DNA of 64,000 bases from Paramoeba atlantica. Its lineage: Eukaryota; Protista; Discosea. Every line of letters begins with the position of its first letter. The stretch's first letter is position 1. The notes under the pieces are model-generated. The model searched no databases, was not told where the DNA came from, and saw only the letters and a program-made list of their open reading frames with translations. The stretch covers positions 1-64,000 of the forward strand of contig CDRNVI010000017.1 of NCBI GenBank assembly GCA_977017575.1. The letters run 5' to 3'. Shown here in pieces: positions 45,275 through 56,168 of the stretch. The translations under genes were made by a program, and so were the position numbers.

Positions 45275-48200
45275 ATGTCCTGCCGCGAACGTCCATGTAC
45301 ACACTCCTCAGAAAATGAAGCGTCCTTCGCAAGAATGGTGAACACAGACGACGTTACATTGAACGAGGCGGAGAAATCACACCTTCTTGGTAGTTGGAAT
45401 CAATTTGAGGGCAACAGACATCTCATCTCAGCTCCCAGTACCTATGACGAAAGTCTGTACACAACGGAAATCCCGAGGAATATCCCTGCAGAATGGCTAC
45501 GCCTCGCTGAAAAAAAATCAGACGACCGCGAAACACCGGACACGGGACACCACCTAGCCGAGAATGAGGAAATACAACACTGCGCAGTACAACGAAAGGG
45601 TACGACAGCCAACCTTGCAGCTAGTATTTCTACTCTGAAATCAGGGCCAGCAATCAACGCTGCACTGAAGGATGCAATATCACGTCAACAGCGCAATGCG
45701 GATGGGATCAAAGGAGTTTCAAAGACGGATAACCGATCACCTAGGCGACCCTTGGAAACACGAAGGCAACACCAACAGACTATTAAGGACAGCACCCTCG
45801 GCGAACAAACGCCGACACGCTCTCAGCCAGCCCACCAGATCCAATCACCTCCAAAGCATTCCTCCGGCACAAAACCCATGACTAGCGAAACTGGTTGTTC
45901 CGAAGCACAATCGGACGGTAGGCGCGAAGACTTTGGCAACAGATATGCCCCACGAAACGGAAGCGACAAGCCCCCGCCACTTCCGCAGAGCGCTCCCAAA
46001 CACCGCATCTGTCCTGCTGAAGGATGCGCCTGGCGCACGATTGCACATGGAGGGTCTTGGCAAGCATATTATAACCACGTAGCGTACCACCACAGTACCG
46101 GCGTCCCGGCTGCATGGTGGGCAGCGGAAGGCAAGTTCCTTTGTGAAACGTGCGGCAAACACTACACGCTCAACCGTAAAACTACGCACCCGAAGACCTG
46201 CATCGGTCAATCAAGTCAAGCAGCACAAATGTCAGTAGATATTTTTTCGCAGCACTCCATCGTAACAGAAACCGCCGAATTACCTACTTTGGCAAGTGTC
46301 TGCACACTCGCGAAGAGCACATGTAAAGACGTGCCCCACCGATGCCGTCAGCTGTGGGCGGAGATCTTAACTAGCGCTTTGAAGGCAGCAGTACAAGAAA
46401 ACTCAGTAGCGACATGGACACTCCTTGCCATGCTCCCAAAGTGTGTGTTACCGGCCCCTCGACGCGGAGGGCGTAAAGGCTACATGGCGTACTCATCCCA
46501 CGTTCGAAAGTGCATGGAGCGATGGATGGCAAAGGACTACACTCAGTTGTGGAAAGAGGCAGCCGCTAATAGACGACAACGAAACCCTGACCCCATTTCG
46601 GAACAACATGAGGCCCAGAAAGCCGTCATCCGCGCAGAACTTCTAGTCAGACAAGGTGAATTCTCTAGAGGTATGGCTGCCTTAACCGCAGCGCCGATGG
46701 CAGATGAAAACGAAGAAACATATGCGAAGCTGTTGGAGAAGCATCCGGCACGTCAAACTACTACGGAAGCCCTCGCCGACCTTCCACCACACGTCAAACA
46801 TTTGAACCTCGAAGAATCCGATATTAAAGTAGCCATAAACAGTTTTCGTCGAGGATCTTCAGCAGGTACGATGGGTCTCCGCCCGGAACACTTACAATCC
46901 GCGCTTCTTTCCTACGAAGACAAGAATGTTCACCCGCTTCAGGAACTCACAAACCTAGCTAATCATCTTCTTTCTGGCAAAGCACCCATCGAAGTACAAG
47001 CATATTTCGCAGGTGCGCGACTATGTGCGCTCAAGAAGGGGGAAAACGACGTTCGCCCTATCGCAGCGGGGGAGACTATTCGTCGGTTAGTGAGCAAGGC
47101 CGCATGCAGTAGTGTCCGAATGAAAGCGGGGAAATACTTTGAAGCACAACAATATGGAGTGGCCACCCGAGCAGGGGCAGAACGTATCATTCACCTTTGT
47201 AGGCTTGCAATGGACACTGACACAACAAATTCCGATATAGTTTTATGCAAAGTTGATTTGTCCAACGCATTTAACAACGTTAGCCGTGACGCATTCATCA
47301 GTCTCACCAGAGAGCACTTCCCGGAATTGTCCAGATGGGTAGAATGGTGCTACGTCGAAACCAGTAGCTTAACTTACGGGCACCGTTTCGTACCGTCCGC
47401 GGAAGGGGTACAACAGGGCGATCCCCTCGGTCCTCTTCTCTTTTCCTTAGTCATGTTGGAGGTTACCAAACAAATTCAGTCGTACACGGAACTTCTTCTA
47501 AACCTGTGGTACTTAGACGATGGAGTTTTTATAGGGAAAGCAGAAGAAGTAAGAAAAGCCCTCGACATACTTGATCACCTCGGACCAGGTCAGGGACTAC
47601 ACCTCAATAGCAAGAAATGCGAGATCATCACACTACCCTCATCTGCACACCAAACATCTCTTTTCCCAGATATACCAAAAGACAAGCAAAACACAGAAGG
47701 AAATTTCGACATCCTAGGAAGCCCTATCGGATCCCACAAACACTGCGCCGAATACCTCATGACCAATGCGATCGAACCAGCAGAAGATACTTTAGTTGCT
47801 TCCAGTTTAATTGAGGACCCGCAGGTCGCCATGGCACTGATACGACAATGTGCTGGCTTTTGTCAACTGGTCTACGCCCTACGTACAACACCCCCACAAT
47901 GCATACAACGCGTTTGCGAACATCTAGACAATTCACTGTTGAGCACAGCTGAGGAAATACTTTGCCCACTGAACGCCCCTGCCCGCGCTCAGATCCAACG
48001 CCTGAAGAGACACGGAGGTTTCGGTCTGCGTTCATCGGAAATGTACTCGTCTTCAGCTTACGTAGCATCTGTGGTGTTCGCAGCAAGCAAGGACGGATGG
48101 AATCCACTGGACGCGGAAGGTTTTTCACCTGCCGTCAACGACGTGAACGCAAAAGCCGGAGGCACTCTCGTAGATCCCGAAACGGGTCGTTTCCTTTGCC

Positions 48201-48662
48201 CCACCACCCAACAGCGCGACCTATCACATCCCTCTTTTCCCCCAAAGCCACCCATTCACTCTTCCACACAGGTCGATACAGCCCGCGAGCCATCAGACAC
48301 CGGACCTTTTTTAGATGCTGACCCGCCGTTGGGCGCTGACCTTGACATAGATATTGACCCGCCAGAATGGGACGAAAGTATCATCCCACGTCAGAAAGAT
48401 ATCATCCGCGCTATAGGGGAAAGGGAGTTTAATATAGCATACTGTTCCGCTGATACACGAACGCGAACCAGATGGGTATCACAATCAGGGAAAGGGGCTA
48501 GCAGTTGGGCATTCGTCACCCCATCGAAGGACCTGGGCTATGCATTCAAACCCGCGGAGTTTCGAACCTTGTGTCGATGGTGGTTGGGGGTGGATGTATA
48601 CGGAGAAACTCGTCCATGTCCCTCGGATGAATGCAAACTCCCTCTGGGTCCTGAAGGGGATC
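45275..48662 (+). pseudogene. Full-length A copy 2 ORF, 5' part; interrupted by LINE L3 in the CCHC region
   Basis: ATG 45275; joining 45275-48662 to 54092-54669 restores a 1321-aa open frame (..LPLGPEGD|HALVCKHG..). Confidence 0.93.
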
Positions 48663-51600
48663 CAATCCAATCCAATCCAAAATACCGACAAAGTCGGCTA
48701 AAATACTTAGCACTTTCACATCAAACACTTCCATCTCTATCACCTCCAAATTCAGAGTTTTTGTGCCTCCAATACTAGAGCACACAAACCGCATAAAGTA
48801 ATGGAATATAAAAACTTCCTCAAGGCATATTCTAGCACACGTACGGAGATACACAGCAAGCACTCACACTTACTTTGGTGTCCCCCTTCCACCGCCAGTT
48901 CTCGTAACTTTCTGGCGAATAACAACTCTTTCCTCTGCCTCACGTTTAGGCGCGGATGAGGCTTTCACTGCACGCTGACTTTTCGCGTTTCGTTTTGCAA
49001 ACTGCTGAGCAGTGGTTTGCGAATTTGAAGACTTTCTTCTCTTTATTTCAGGTTCGCTTACTTTCTTTCTAGATGCAGACAATGCGAGCGAGTCTGCTGC
49101 CTCGTTCCAAGGATTTCCCGAGTGAGATTTAACTTTACACATGTATATTTGTACCCCTTGACCCTTCAACGCGCGTAATTTATGGTCGATTTGATCCATC
49201 AAGTCTCCATTTGCAATTCCGATGTAGCCTACAACGCGAAAACGTGATCTTAAACTGTGAAAATATTGCCAAACGTAACAAGAATCAGTATGAAAAACGC
49301 AAGAGAGTGATCCTTCTGGAATTTTCGAAATAGCCTCACGAAATGCTAATAATTCGGCCCTCTCACTTGTTCCCACCTCCAACGGAATAGAGTAGTAATC
49401 AGGGTCACCCTTAATTTTCAAGAAAACAACACCAGCACCGCTACGCACCGTTTGTGTTCCGCGCAAAACTCTCACTGAACCATCCGTGTAGAAATGTATA
49501 GATTTAAGTTTGGGGAATGGCACGCTAGATTCTTCAATGAATTGTAGCTCTTTATAACTCTTGTTCTTGATAGCTGTGGCTTTCAATGCTTTCCATTTTT
49601 TTGTAGTAGCACGCTCGTAGTCAACCACTGGCTCAAGTGAAAGTTTTAGCTTTTCGGTGAGACGAAACCAATGTTCTCGATCTGTAGCATAAACCAATGC
49701 CTCTTCTAAAGTTATACCCAAGTCTGAAATACATGCTTCGCTTGGAGAAGGACGTCTCGAATTAGATTTATGTCTCCATTGCACCAGCTCTCGATAGTTC
49801 GAAGAATGTCTCAGCATGTGTCCGGTAAGTTTGGCTCTCTGAACTTTGTGAATGGTGGAAAATCGTGATGTATTTACGTAGAGAGAGTCTGTAGGATAGC
49901 AAAAACCATACTCGTCCAATTTGTTGCACTGAGATGCGATTCTTCTCATCGTATTAATTTCGACATCAATCGAACGCAACATTTTTTGAGAAATGTGCAA
50001 TGCGCCTGAACCAAAGTTCAGAATAGGGTATATAAGCACGTCGTATAGTCTGAGTTTAAGATGAGAGCTTAAAGATGAAATCCATATTCCTCGCATGCGG
50101 GCAAATGAGGACCAAGCAAGTTTCAAACGATCTTTGATTGTAGATGATGTTTCATTGTCTTGAAGATGCCCTAGATGTCGATACGAATCTACTCTAGGTA
50201 CCTTTTCCAGTTCTTTTGTCTGGAGATTCTTATTTGAGCCGGCAACCTTACCGAAAGGTATCCATGCGGTTTTTGTAACACCTACAGCTATCTTTAGGTT
50301 CGCCAAGGAAGCATCCTTTGACGTTTCGTCAATCATTTCCTGGAGACCTTCCTTTGTATCACTGAACAATACAATGTCATCTGCAAAATCAATATCAGAA
50401 ATTCGTTTTTCCTGTAGGTTCCGTTTTCTTGTCCCGCTTGAACTCAAAAGTAATCCGCGATTTTCCAGGTCCAGCGACTTATTAAGAATGCGATCCATAA
50501 CCATCACGAAAAGGTAAGGGGCCAACACATCCCCTTGGAGTATTCCTGTAGTTATCGGAAAAGAATCTGTGATACCAAAAGGTGTGCGGACTACTCCTTT
50601 CAGATTTGAGTACAATGACATGATCATTTCGGATAGACGAACGCCCACGTGAAATGCTTTCAGACTCGCTTTTATCGCAGCGAAAGATACAGATGGGAAT
50701 GCCTTTGCGAAATCAATGAACGCTACACAAACACCTTTATTCCGAAATGCCTTGGACTTTATTTCATTCATGATTGTTTGCGCACCAGCGGTAGATCTAT
50801 TTTGACGAAAACCGTATTGATTGTCTCGAAGAAGTGGTTCAACGCTGGGGCGGATGCGAGTAAGAATCATAAAATTCATCAGCTTGACTATACTGTTTAC
50901 AAGGCAAATAGGGCGCCAGTTTGAAAGCTGCGATAAATCCCCTTTCTTTGGAATAGGTATTTGAAGAATGACTTTCCATGATGCTTCGGTAACGCCTGTT
51001 TCATGCACTTCATTGATTAGCTCCAGCAATAAATCTCTAAAATCCTGATGTGTCGAAATTGCTTGTAAGGCCTCCATGGGAATACCGTCCCCCCCTGGGG
51101 CTCTATTCTTCCCGAAGTGCGAAAGCGAATAAAAGAGCTCCTCGGCAGTAAACTTGCCATCTGAAATTGGTATAAAGGGAAGATGTACTTCATTAAAAGA
51201 AATGTTGGGGTCTCCCCGATCGTACCCTGTGAAATTCATAAAGTGCTTACGTACCTCTTGGAGCTTATTTTTCTTTGCATTACCAGGCGTAGTGAAGGAC
51301 ACGCGGTAGGTTCCGCACACTTGCCGTAGTGTTCTCCATGGGTTCGAGTGGTTTTTCTTAATACTTTTTTCGAGCTCTACACATTCATTGGTGATTTCCG
51401 TCTCGACTTCTGCTCTATGCTCCTTAACCAGGCTCTTAAAAGTTGCTATACTTTTACTCTGTTGGTATAACTCTCTAAGCCCATGAGCCATGGACTCTCG
51501 TGCGGGCTTTCTATCAGAATTCCGTTTTTGTGGTCTGTGGAGCTCTCTGGCTGCTTGTAGAATGCATTTTGAGAGAGCTGTCCACTTGGTTGGTGCATCG

Positions 51601-54077
51601 CTATTTTGCTCATATTTCTTATGCACATTCTTGACGTACTCCGCTCGTTTTGTTTCATCACGAAGTTGAAACCAAGGAATGATTTTTGATGCCTTTGAAG
51701 TACTTGATTTCCACTTGATTTTTACGAGCGCTTGTTCACAGCAGTGCGTTGTGGGAATAGGTGCCATAATAACTTTATGACGTTGTATTGCAGAAGCAAA
51801 TCTGTTGCAAATACATATGTGATCCAATTGCCGCAAGACTCTCTTTGGCTTCTTGACGTTCGTTTGTTTTTCACTCTTTGGTGTGTTGTTTGGCAATTCG
51901 CATGTCCATGTTCGGCTGCTTGGACAGAGAGCATGAGCAGATTTGCATCCGATTGAACACAATAATCCCTTGAAACGTGCAATTGCATGTGGATCTAAAT
52001 CCTTATTGGTCAAAAGTGTAAGTGGTGAGTTAAAGTCACCTAGAACGAAGAGAGGTCTGTGTAAATTGTTCTCCCGAATTCCTGCGCAGCAGGATTCTAC
52101 ATCCCCATGGAACTCTGTAATCTCTGTCTCGGCAGAGTCTCTAGTAGGAGAATAAACGTTGACAATGTGTCCAACTCCGTCCTCCATTTCAAATTCGCTT
52201 ACCATGATTCGCTCAGTCAGTTTTGAAACATTAATCAGTGGAGTGCTGCTAATAACACCCATTCCATTATATGCGTCTTTAGCGCGAGCCGATGTGAGGT
52301 AAAGATGATAATCCGTTTTCCGGTAACGTACTTTGCGATGTAGGACTTCAGCCATTTCGGTAGATGAAAACCTGTAGCGCGTCTCCTGCATACATAGTAT
52401 ATGAACTCCTTTCCGATTCATAAAACCAATCACCTCATACAGATGAGCACTTTTTCGTAGAGAAAATTCATCATCACCCTTCAGCTTTAGAGTAGTCACG
52501 TTTAATGTTGCAATGCTGAGCATTTTCTTCACAGCGAGGTCTCTTGGACCCTCCGAGTCGCGTAGAAAACGTTTGCCAGACTGTTTCCTCGATTTGCGAT
52601 GTCGCTTTTTCTTGCGACAGACATCCCTAGGCACTCGCAGACGTGCTGCACACAGTACTACTACTGGATTATAAGGCGGAAAAGGAAGTGTTTCACGCGG
52701 ACGTTGAGCATAGCGCACTCGCCAACGACCATCATTACGAGGATATCCTGCACGGAAAGGACTCCAACGTTCAACGACCCCCTCCCATAGCTTAAAATCT
52801 GATGTATTCTCGAGCCTCCATACAACTGCCAGTTCGCACCCAGAAGACATCTGCCGCGCTAGTTGGCGCAACGACCTCGCGCGGAGTTTAGCAGGCCTTG
52901 ATTTACCCACAGAAGGATAGAACAAAACCCCCCGATCAAGCGTGGAACGCGAGAGAAGATTCATGATTTCAGTGGACTCTCGTGGCCCGGACGCGTCCGC
53001 CATTTTATCAAATTAAATTAATAAAAAGGTTGATCTTAATAAAAAGGTTGATCTTAATAAAAAGGTTGATCTTAATAAAAAGGTTGATCTTAATAAAAAG
53101 GTTGATCTTAATAAAAAGGTTGATCTTAATAAAAAGGTTGATCTTAATAAAAAGGTTGATCTTAATAAAAAGGTTGATCTTAATAAAAAGGTTGATCTTA
53201 ATAAAAAGGTTGATCTTAATAAAAAGGTTGATCTTAATAAAAAGGTTGATCTTAATAAAAAGGTTGATCTTAATAAAAAGGTTGATCTTAATAAAAAGGT
53301 TGATCTTAATAAAAATGTTGATCTTAATAAAAAGGTTGATCTTAATAAAAAGGTTGATCTTAATAAAAAGGTTGATCTTAATAAAAAGGTTGATCTTAAT
53401 AAAAAGGTTGATCTTAATAAAAAGGTTGATCTTAATAAAAAGGTTGATCTTAATAAAAAGGTTGATCTTAATAAAAAGGTTGATCTTAATAAAAAGGTTG
53501 ATCTTAATAAAAAGGTTGATCTTAATAAAAAGGTTGATCTTAATAAAAAGGTTGATCTTAATAAAAAGGTTGATCTTAATAAAAAGGTTGATCTTAATAA
53601 AAAGGTTGATCTTAATAAAAAGGTTGATCTTAATAAAAAGGTTGATCTTAATAAAAAGGTTGATCTTAATAAAAAGGTTGATCTTAATAAAAAGGTTGAT
53701 CTTAATAAAAAGGTTGATCTTAATAAAAAGGTTGATCTTAATAAAAAGGTTGATCTTAATAAAAAGGTTGATCTTAATAAAAAGGTTGATCTTAATAAAA
53801 AGGTTGATCTTAATAAAAAGGTTGATCTTAATAAAAAGGTTGATCTTAATAAAAAGGTTGATCTTAATAAAAAGGTTGATCTTAATAAAAAGGTTGATCT
53901 TAATAAAAAGGTTGATCTTAATAAAAAGGTTGATCTTAATAAAAAGGTTGATCTTAATAAAAAGGTTGATCTTAATAAAAAGGTTGATCTTAATAAAAAG
54001 GTTGATCTTAATAAAAAGGTTGATCTTAATAAAAAGGTTGATCTTAATAAAAAGGTTGATCTTAATAAAAAGGTTGA
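48663..54077 (-). mobile_element. Full-length APE-RT-RNase H LINE type L3, with TSD TCCTGAAGGGGATC (48649-48662 / 54078-54091)
   Basis: (TCCAA)n at 48661-48680 is the (TTGGA)n tail on the - strand; intact ORF; 5' 18-mer array. Confidence 0.95.
48870..53003 (-). CDS. L3 polyprotein (1377 aa): N-terminal barrel-like domain, APE, RT, RNase H
   Basis: SIATLNV, CMQETR, NVYSP, GDFNS, LDHI; FIDFAKAF, GILQGDVLAP, DFADD; FYTDGS, ERAEL, FHTDS, VKSHSGNPWNEAAD. Confidence 0.96.
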   Translation of the reverse strand: MADASGPRESTEIMNLLSRSTLDRGVLFYPSVGKSRPAKLRARSLRQLARQMSSGCELAVVWRLENTSDFKLWEGVVERWSPFRAGYPRNDGRWRVRYAQRPRETLPFPPYNPVVVLCAARLRVPRDVCRKKKRHRKSRKQSGKRFLRDSEGPRDLAVKKMLSIATLNVTTLKLKGDDEFSLRKSAHLYEVIGFMNRKGVHILCMQETRYRFSSTEMAEVLHRKVRYRKTDYHLYLTSARAKDAYNGMGVISSTPLINVSKLTERIMVSEFEMEDGVGHIVNVYSPTRDSAETEITEFHGDVESCCAGIRENNLHRPLFVLGDFNSPLTLLTNKDLDPHAIARFKGLLCSIGCKSAHALCPSSRTWTCELPNNTPKSEKQTNVKKPKRVLRQLDHICICNRFASAIQRHKVIMAPIPTTHCCEQALVKIKWKSSTSKASKIIPWFQLRDETKRAEYVKNVHKKYEQNSDAPTKWTALSKCILQAARELHRPQKRNSDRKPARESMAHGLRELYQQSKSIATFKSLVKEHRAEVETEITNECVELEKSIKKNHSNPWRTLRQVCGTYRVSFTTPGNAKKNKLQEVRKHFMNFTGYDRGDPNISFNEVHLPFIPISDGKFTAEELFYSLSHFGKNRAPGGDGIPMEALQAISTHQDFRDLLLELINEVHETGVTEASWKVILQIPIPKKGDLSQLSNWRPICLVNSIVKLMNFMILTRIRPSVEPLLRDNQYGFRQNRSTAGAQTIMNEIKSKAFRNKGVCVAFIDFAKAFPSVSFAAIKASLKAFHVGVRLSEMIMSLYSNLKGVVRTPFGITDSFPITTGILQGDVLAPYLFVMVMDRILNKSLDLENRGLLLSSSGTRKRNLQEKRISDIDFADDIVLFSDTKEGLQEMIDETSKDASLANLKIAVGVTKTAWIPFGKVAGSNKNLQTKELEKVPRVDSYRHLGHLQDNETSSTIKDRLKLAWSSFARMRGIWISSLSSHLKLRLYDVLIYPILNFGSGALHISQKMLRSIDVEINTMRRIASQCNKLDEYGFCYPTDSLYVNTSRFSTIHKVQRAKLTGHMLRHSSNYRELVQWRHKSNSRRPSPSEACISDLGITLEEALVYATDREHWFRLTEKLKLSLEPVVDYERATTKKWKALKATAIKNKSYKELQFIEESSVPFPKLKSIHFYTDGSVRVLRGTQTVRSGAGVVFLKIKGDPDYYSIPLEVGTSERAELLAFREAISKIPEGSLSCVFHTDSCYVWQYFHSLRSRFRVVGYIGIANGDLMDQIDHKLRALKGQGVQIYMCKVKSHSGNPWNEAADSLALSASRKKVSEPEIKRRKSSNSQTTAQQFAKRNAKSQRAVKASSAPKREAEERVVIRQKVTRTGGGRGTPK

Positions 54078-54079
54078 TC
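53018..54079. repeat. Tandem repeat (TTAATAAAAAGGTTGATC)x59
   Basis: 1062 bp = 59 x 18; one visible variant unit near 53316 (G>T); begins 15 nt upstream of the L3 ATG. Confidence 0.96.
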
Positions 54080-55113
54080 CTGAAGGGGATCACGCACTCG
54101 TGTGCAAACATGGACAAGGTATAATAAACCGGCACAATTCCCTGGTTGAACATTTTTCCTCCTTCTGCGGGCATGCCTCTTTGGCACCCCAACGAGAGCA
54201 CAGTCTTGGCAATCGAGGTCCCGGAGGGGGGCTCACCAGGCCAGGCGATGTGTTTCTCCCCACGTATTCCAAGGCTAAAGGCATGGTCCTTGATTTTGCA
54301 GTTACCCACGCTCAGCAAACTAAATACACGGACAAAGTTCGTAACGCTAGCTGGGTAGCTGCAGGATCATTCGCCGAGCACTACGCCGCGGAAAAAAAGG
54401 TGCACCAACGGTTGGAGGCTGAGGAAGCAGGCCATGAATTCACAGCCATGGTGGTAGAGAGCTATGGCTCCTGGAGCGTGAGCGCAACGTCCGTTCTAAA
54501 GGGAGTCGGAAAGAGGCGGGCACAGGCCTCAAATGGGACCCTTACGGAAGAGCAGGCTACAAATAAATTGTATGCCGAATTGAATGTGACCCTCATGCGA
54601 GCACAAGCTCGTATGATGGTTACACGCATGGCTGTGCCCGACCCGAACGAGCCCATCACGGAAGGATAGTGTCGGACCCAACGGATCCTATGGTGGTGAC
54701 ATAGGCCACGGGTGCTGGTCGGGTCGACAGAGTCTATGCTCACGCCTAGCCCGCGAGGGCTAGGTACCCCAAGTGAGGTAGTACACGGGTAGTGAATCTC
54801 CTCCCCGTCGACCAGCATCCTGTTTCGCGACCGTGTCGCTGTCGACACAGGCCCGCGCCTGCGCCCTCCCATATAGCAAGGGAAGGGTTCACAAGTCAGG
54901 CCGTGGAGTGGTCGAAAGACCCGGTCCGGAACGCGCGAATGGATTGGGTCTGTATTGCTTGTTTTAGTTTTTACTGTTTCTTGTTTGTAGTATATACTTA
55001 GGGGAGATTAAATTGCTAGTTTTGGGCTGAGAAAAAACAAAAGGTACATCTGTGGAAACAAAAAGAATTGCTAATTTGATTGCTTGTTTTCAACTCAAAA
55101 AAAAAAAAAAAAA
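54078..55113 (+). mobile_element. 3' remainder of A copy 2 (RLE, stop 54669, 3' module 54710-54948, A17)
   Basis: Resumes after the TSD; RPGDVFLP, AMVVESYGSW. Confidence 0.93.
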
Positions 55114-55318
55114 GACACGTGTGTTTCGTGGCCTCCACGTCTCCCACCCTCGTACGGCAACCAAAAGTATTTATTACTGCTAACGGGGTGGGAGCGGAGG
55201 TGCAGGACCATACGGGCCTGGGTGCATGCGGATCGGTGAGTGGGGTAGGGAGTGAGGGAAGGGAAGTACGAGAGGGCTAAGAGGAGTAGGTGTGGAAAGT
55301 AAAAAAAAAAAAAAAAAA
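55114..55318 (+). mobile_element. Poly(A)-tailed tag with a long stem and purine-rich end
   Basis: CTCCCACCCTCGT...ACGGGGTGGGAG stem; A18 at 55301-55318. Confidence 0.6.
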
Positions 55319-55319
55319 C

Positions 55320-55356
55320 TCTTTAACGATAAAGATACAGTTTCTGTACCTTGTTG
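55320..55356 (+). other. Spliced-leader-like sequence at the 5' end of E
   Basis: TCTTTAACGATAAAGATACAGTTTCTGTACCTTGTTG. Confidence 0.78.
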
Positions 55357-55400
55357 AATTTTTTCTATTTCATCTCTTTCCGAGGTACGGGTTAATTTTT

Positions 55401-56168
55401 ATGTCTGGTATCATCCCCCCCGCAGACACACTTCCTCCCATAGACGACAACAGCGGAAATCCGGACCACGAAGCCGAAGCCATGGAGACGGACGACAAAT
55501 GCTTAGAAATTAATGGCAGAACTCACCGACCGGGGTCTTGGGACCAATTTAAAGGAAACGAACATTTAATCACGGGGACGAGCACATACCATGAAGACCT
55601 TTACACGACCCCCATCCCTCAGAATATTCCTGAAGATTGGATCCGCCGAACGAACGCGATCGTAGGTGGGGTTAATGAAACACCGGACACAGGTCACACG
55701 GAGGTCGAAAATGAAGAGATGCAACACTCCGCTGTTATCAGGCAAGTAACGCCAGCGAAGAAGACGAAAGAGGCTTTGAATGCTACACAGCATCTAAGTA
55801 CACCACTCAAAACTGCTCTATCCGCCCAAGCACGTAGCAATGAGGACATTAAAGGTCACTCCAAGAAAACCCCTACTCCACGGAGAAATAAGCTCATCCG
55901 ATACCGGGTAGACCCAGAGACACCTTCACTCTTGCATCCTTATGAACTTATTCCGGGTCCATCTCAAGAGCAACCAGGAAGAAGACACGAAACCCAGAAT
56001 ATTGAAAACGCTGGCGTTAGCCTCGCTGAGCCCAACTCATTGTCCCAAGGAAAGTCTGCCGCGCTCCGAGAGTGCCCGGCCCAGGGATGTTCATGGCGCA
56101 GTCCGTCGCATGGCGGATCCTGGCAAGCCTTCTATAACCATGTCGCATGCCGGCACGGTAACAGCATC
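55401..56168 (+). pseudogene. CRE-like type E ORF, 5' part (GSWDQF domain, start of first C2H2); fused in frame to LINE L1b
   Basis: ATG 55401; HRPGSWDQF; CPAQGC..HVACRHG; joining to 60498-63683 restores a 1317-aa ORF. Confidence 0.92.

Noticed and set aside
53018-54079. CRISPR-like array
   Set aside because: Contiguous identical units with no spacers and no cas genes; eukaryotic context
52982-54318. 380-aa (KRLILI)n and 436-aa (KINLFI)n ORFs
   Set aside because: Artefacts of a stop-free 18-bp tandem repeat; not in frame with the L3 ORF
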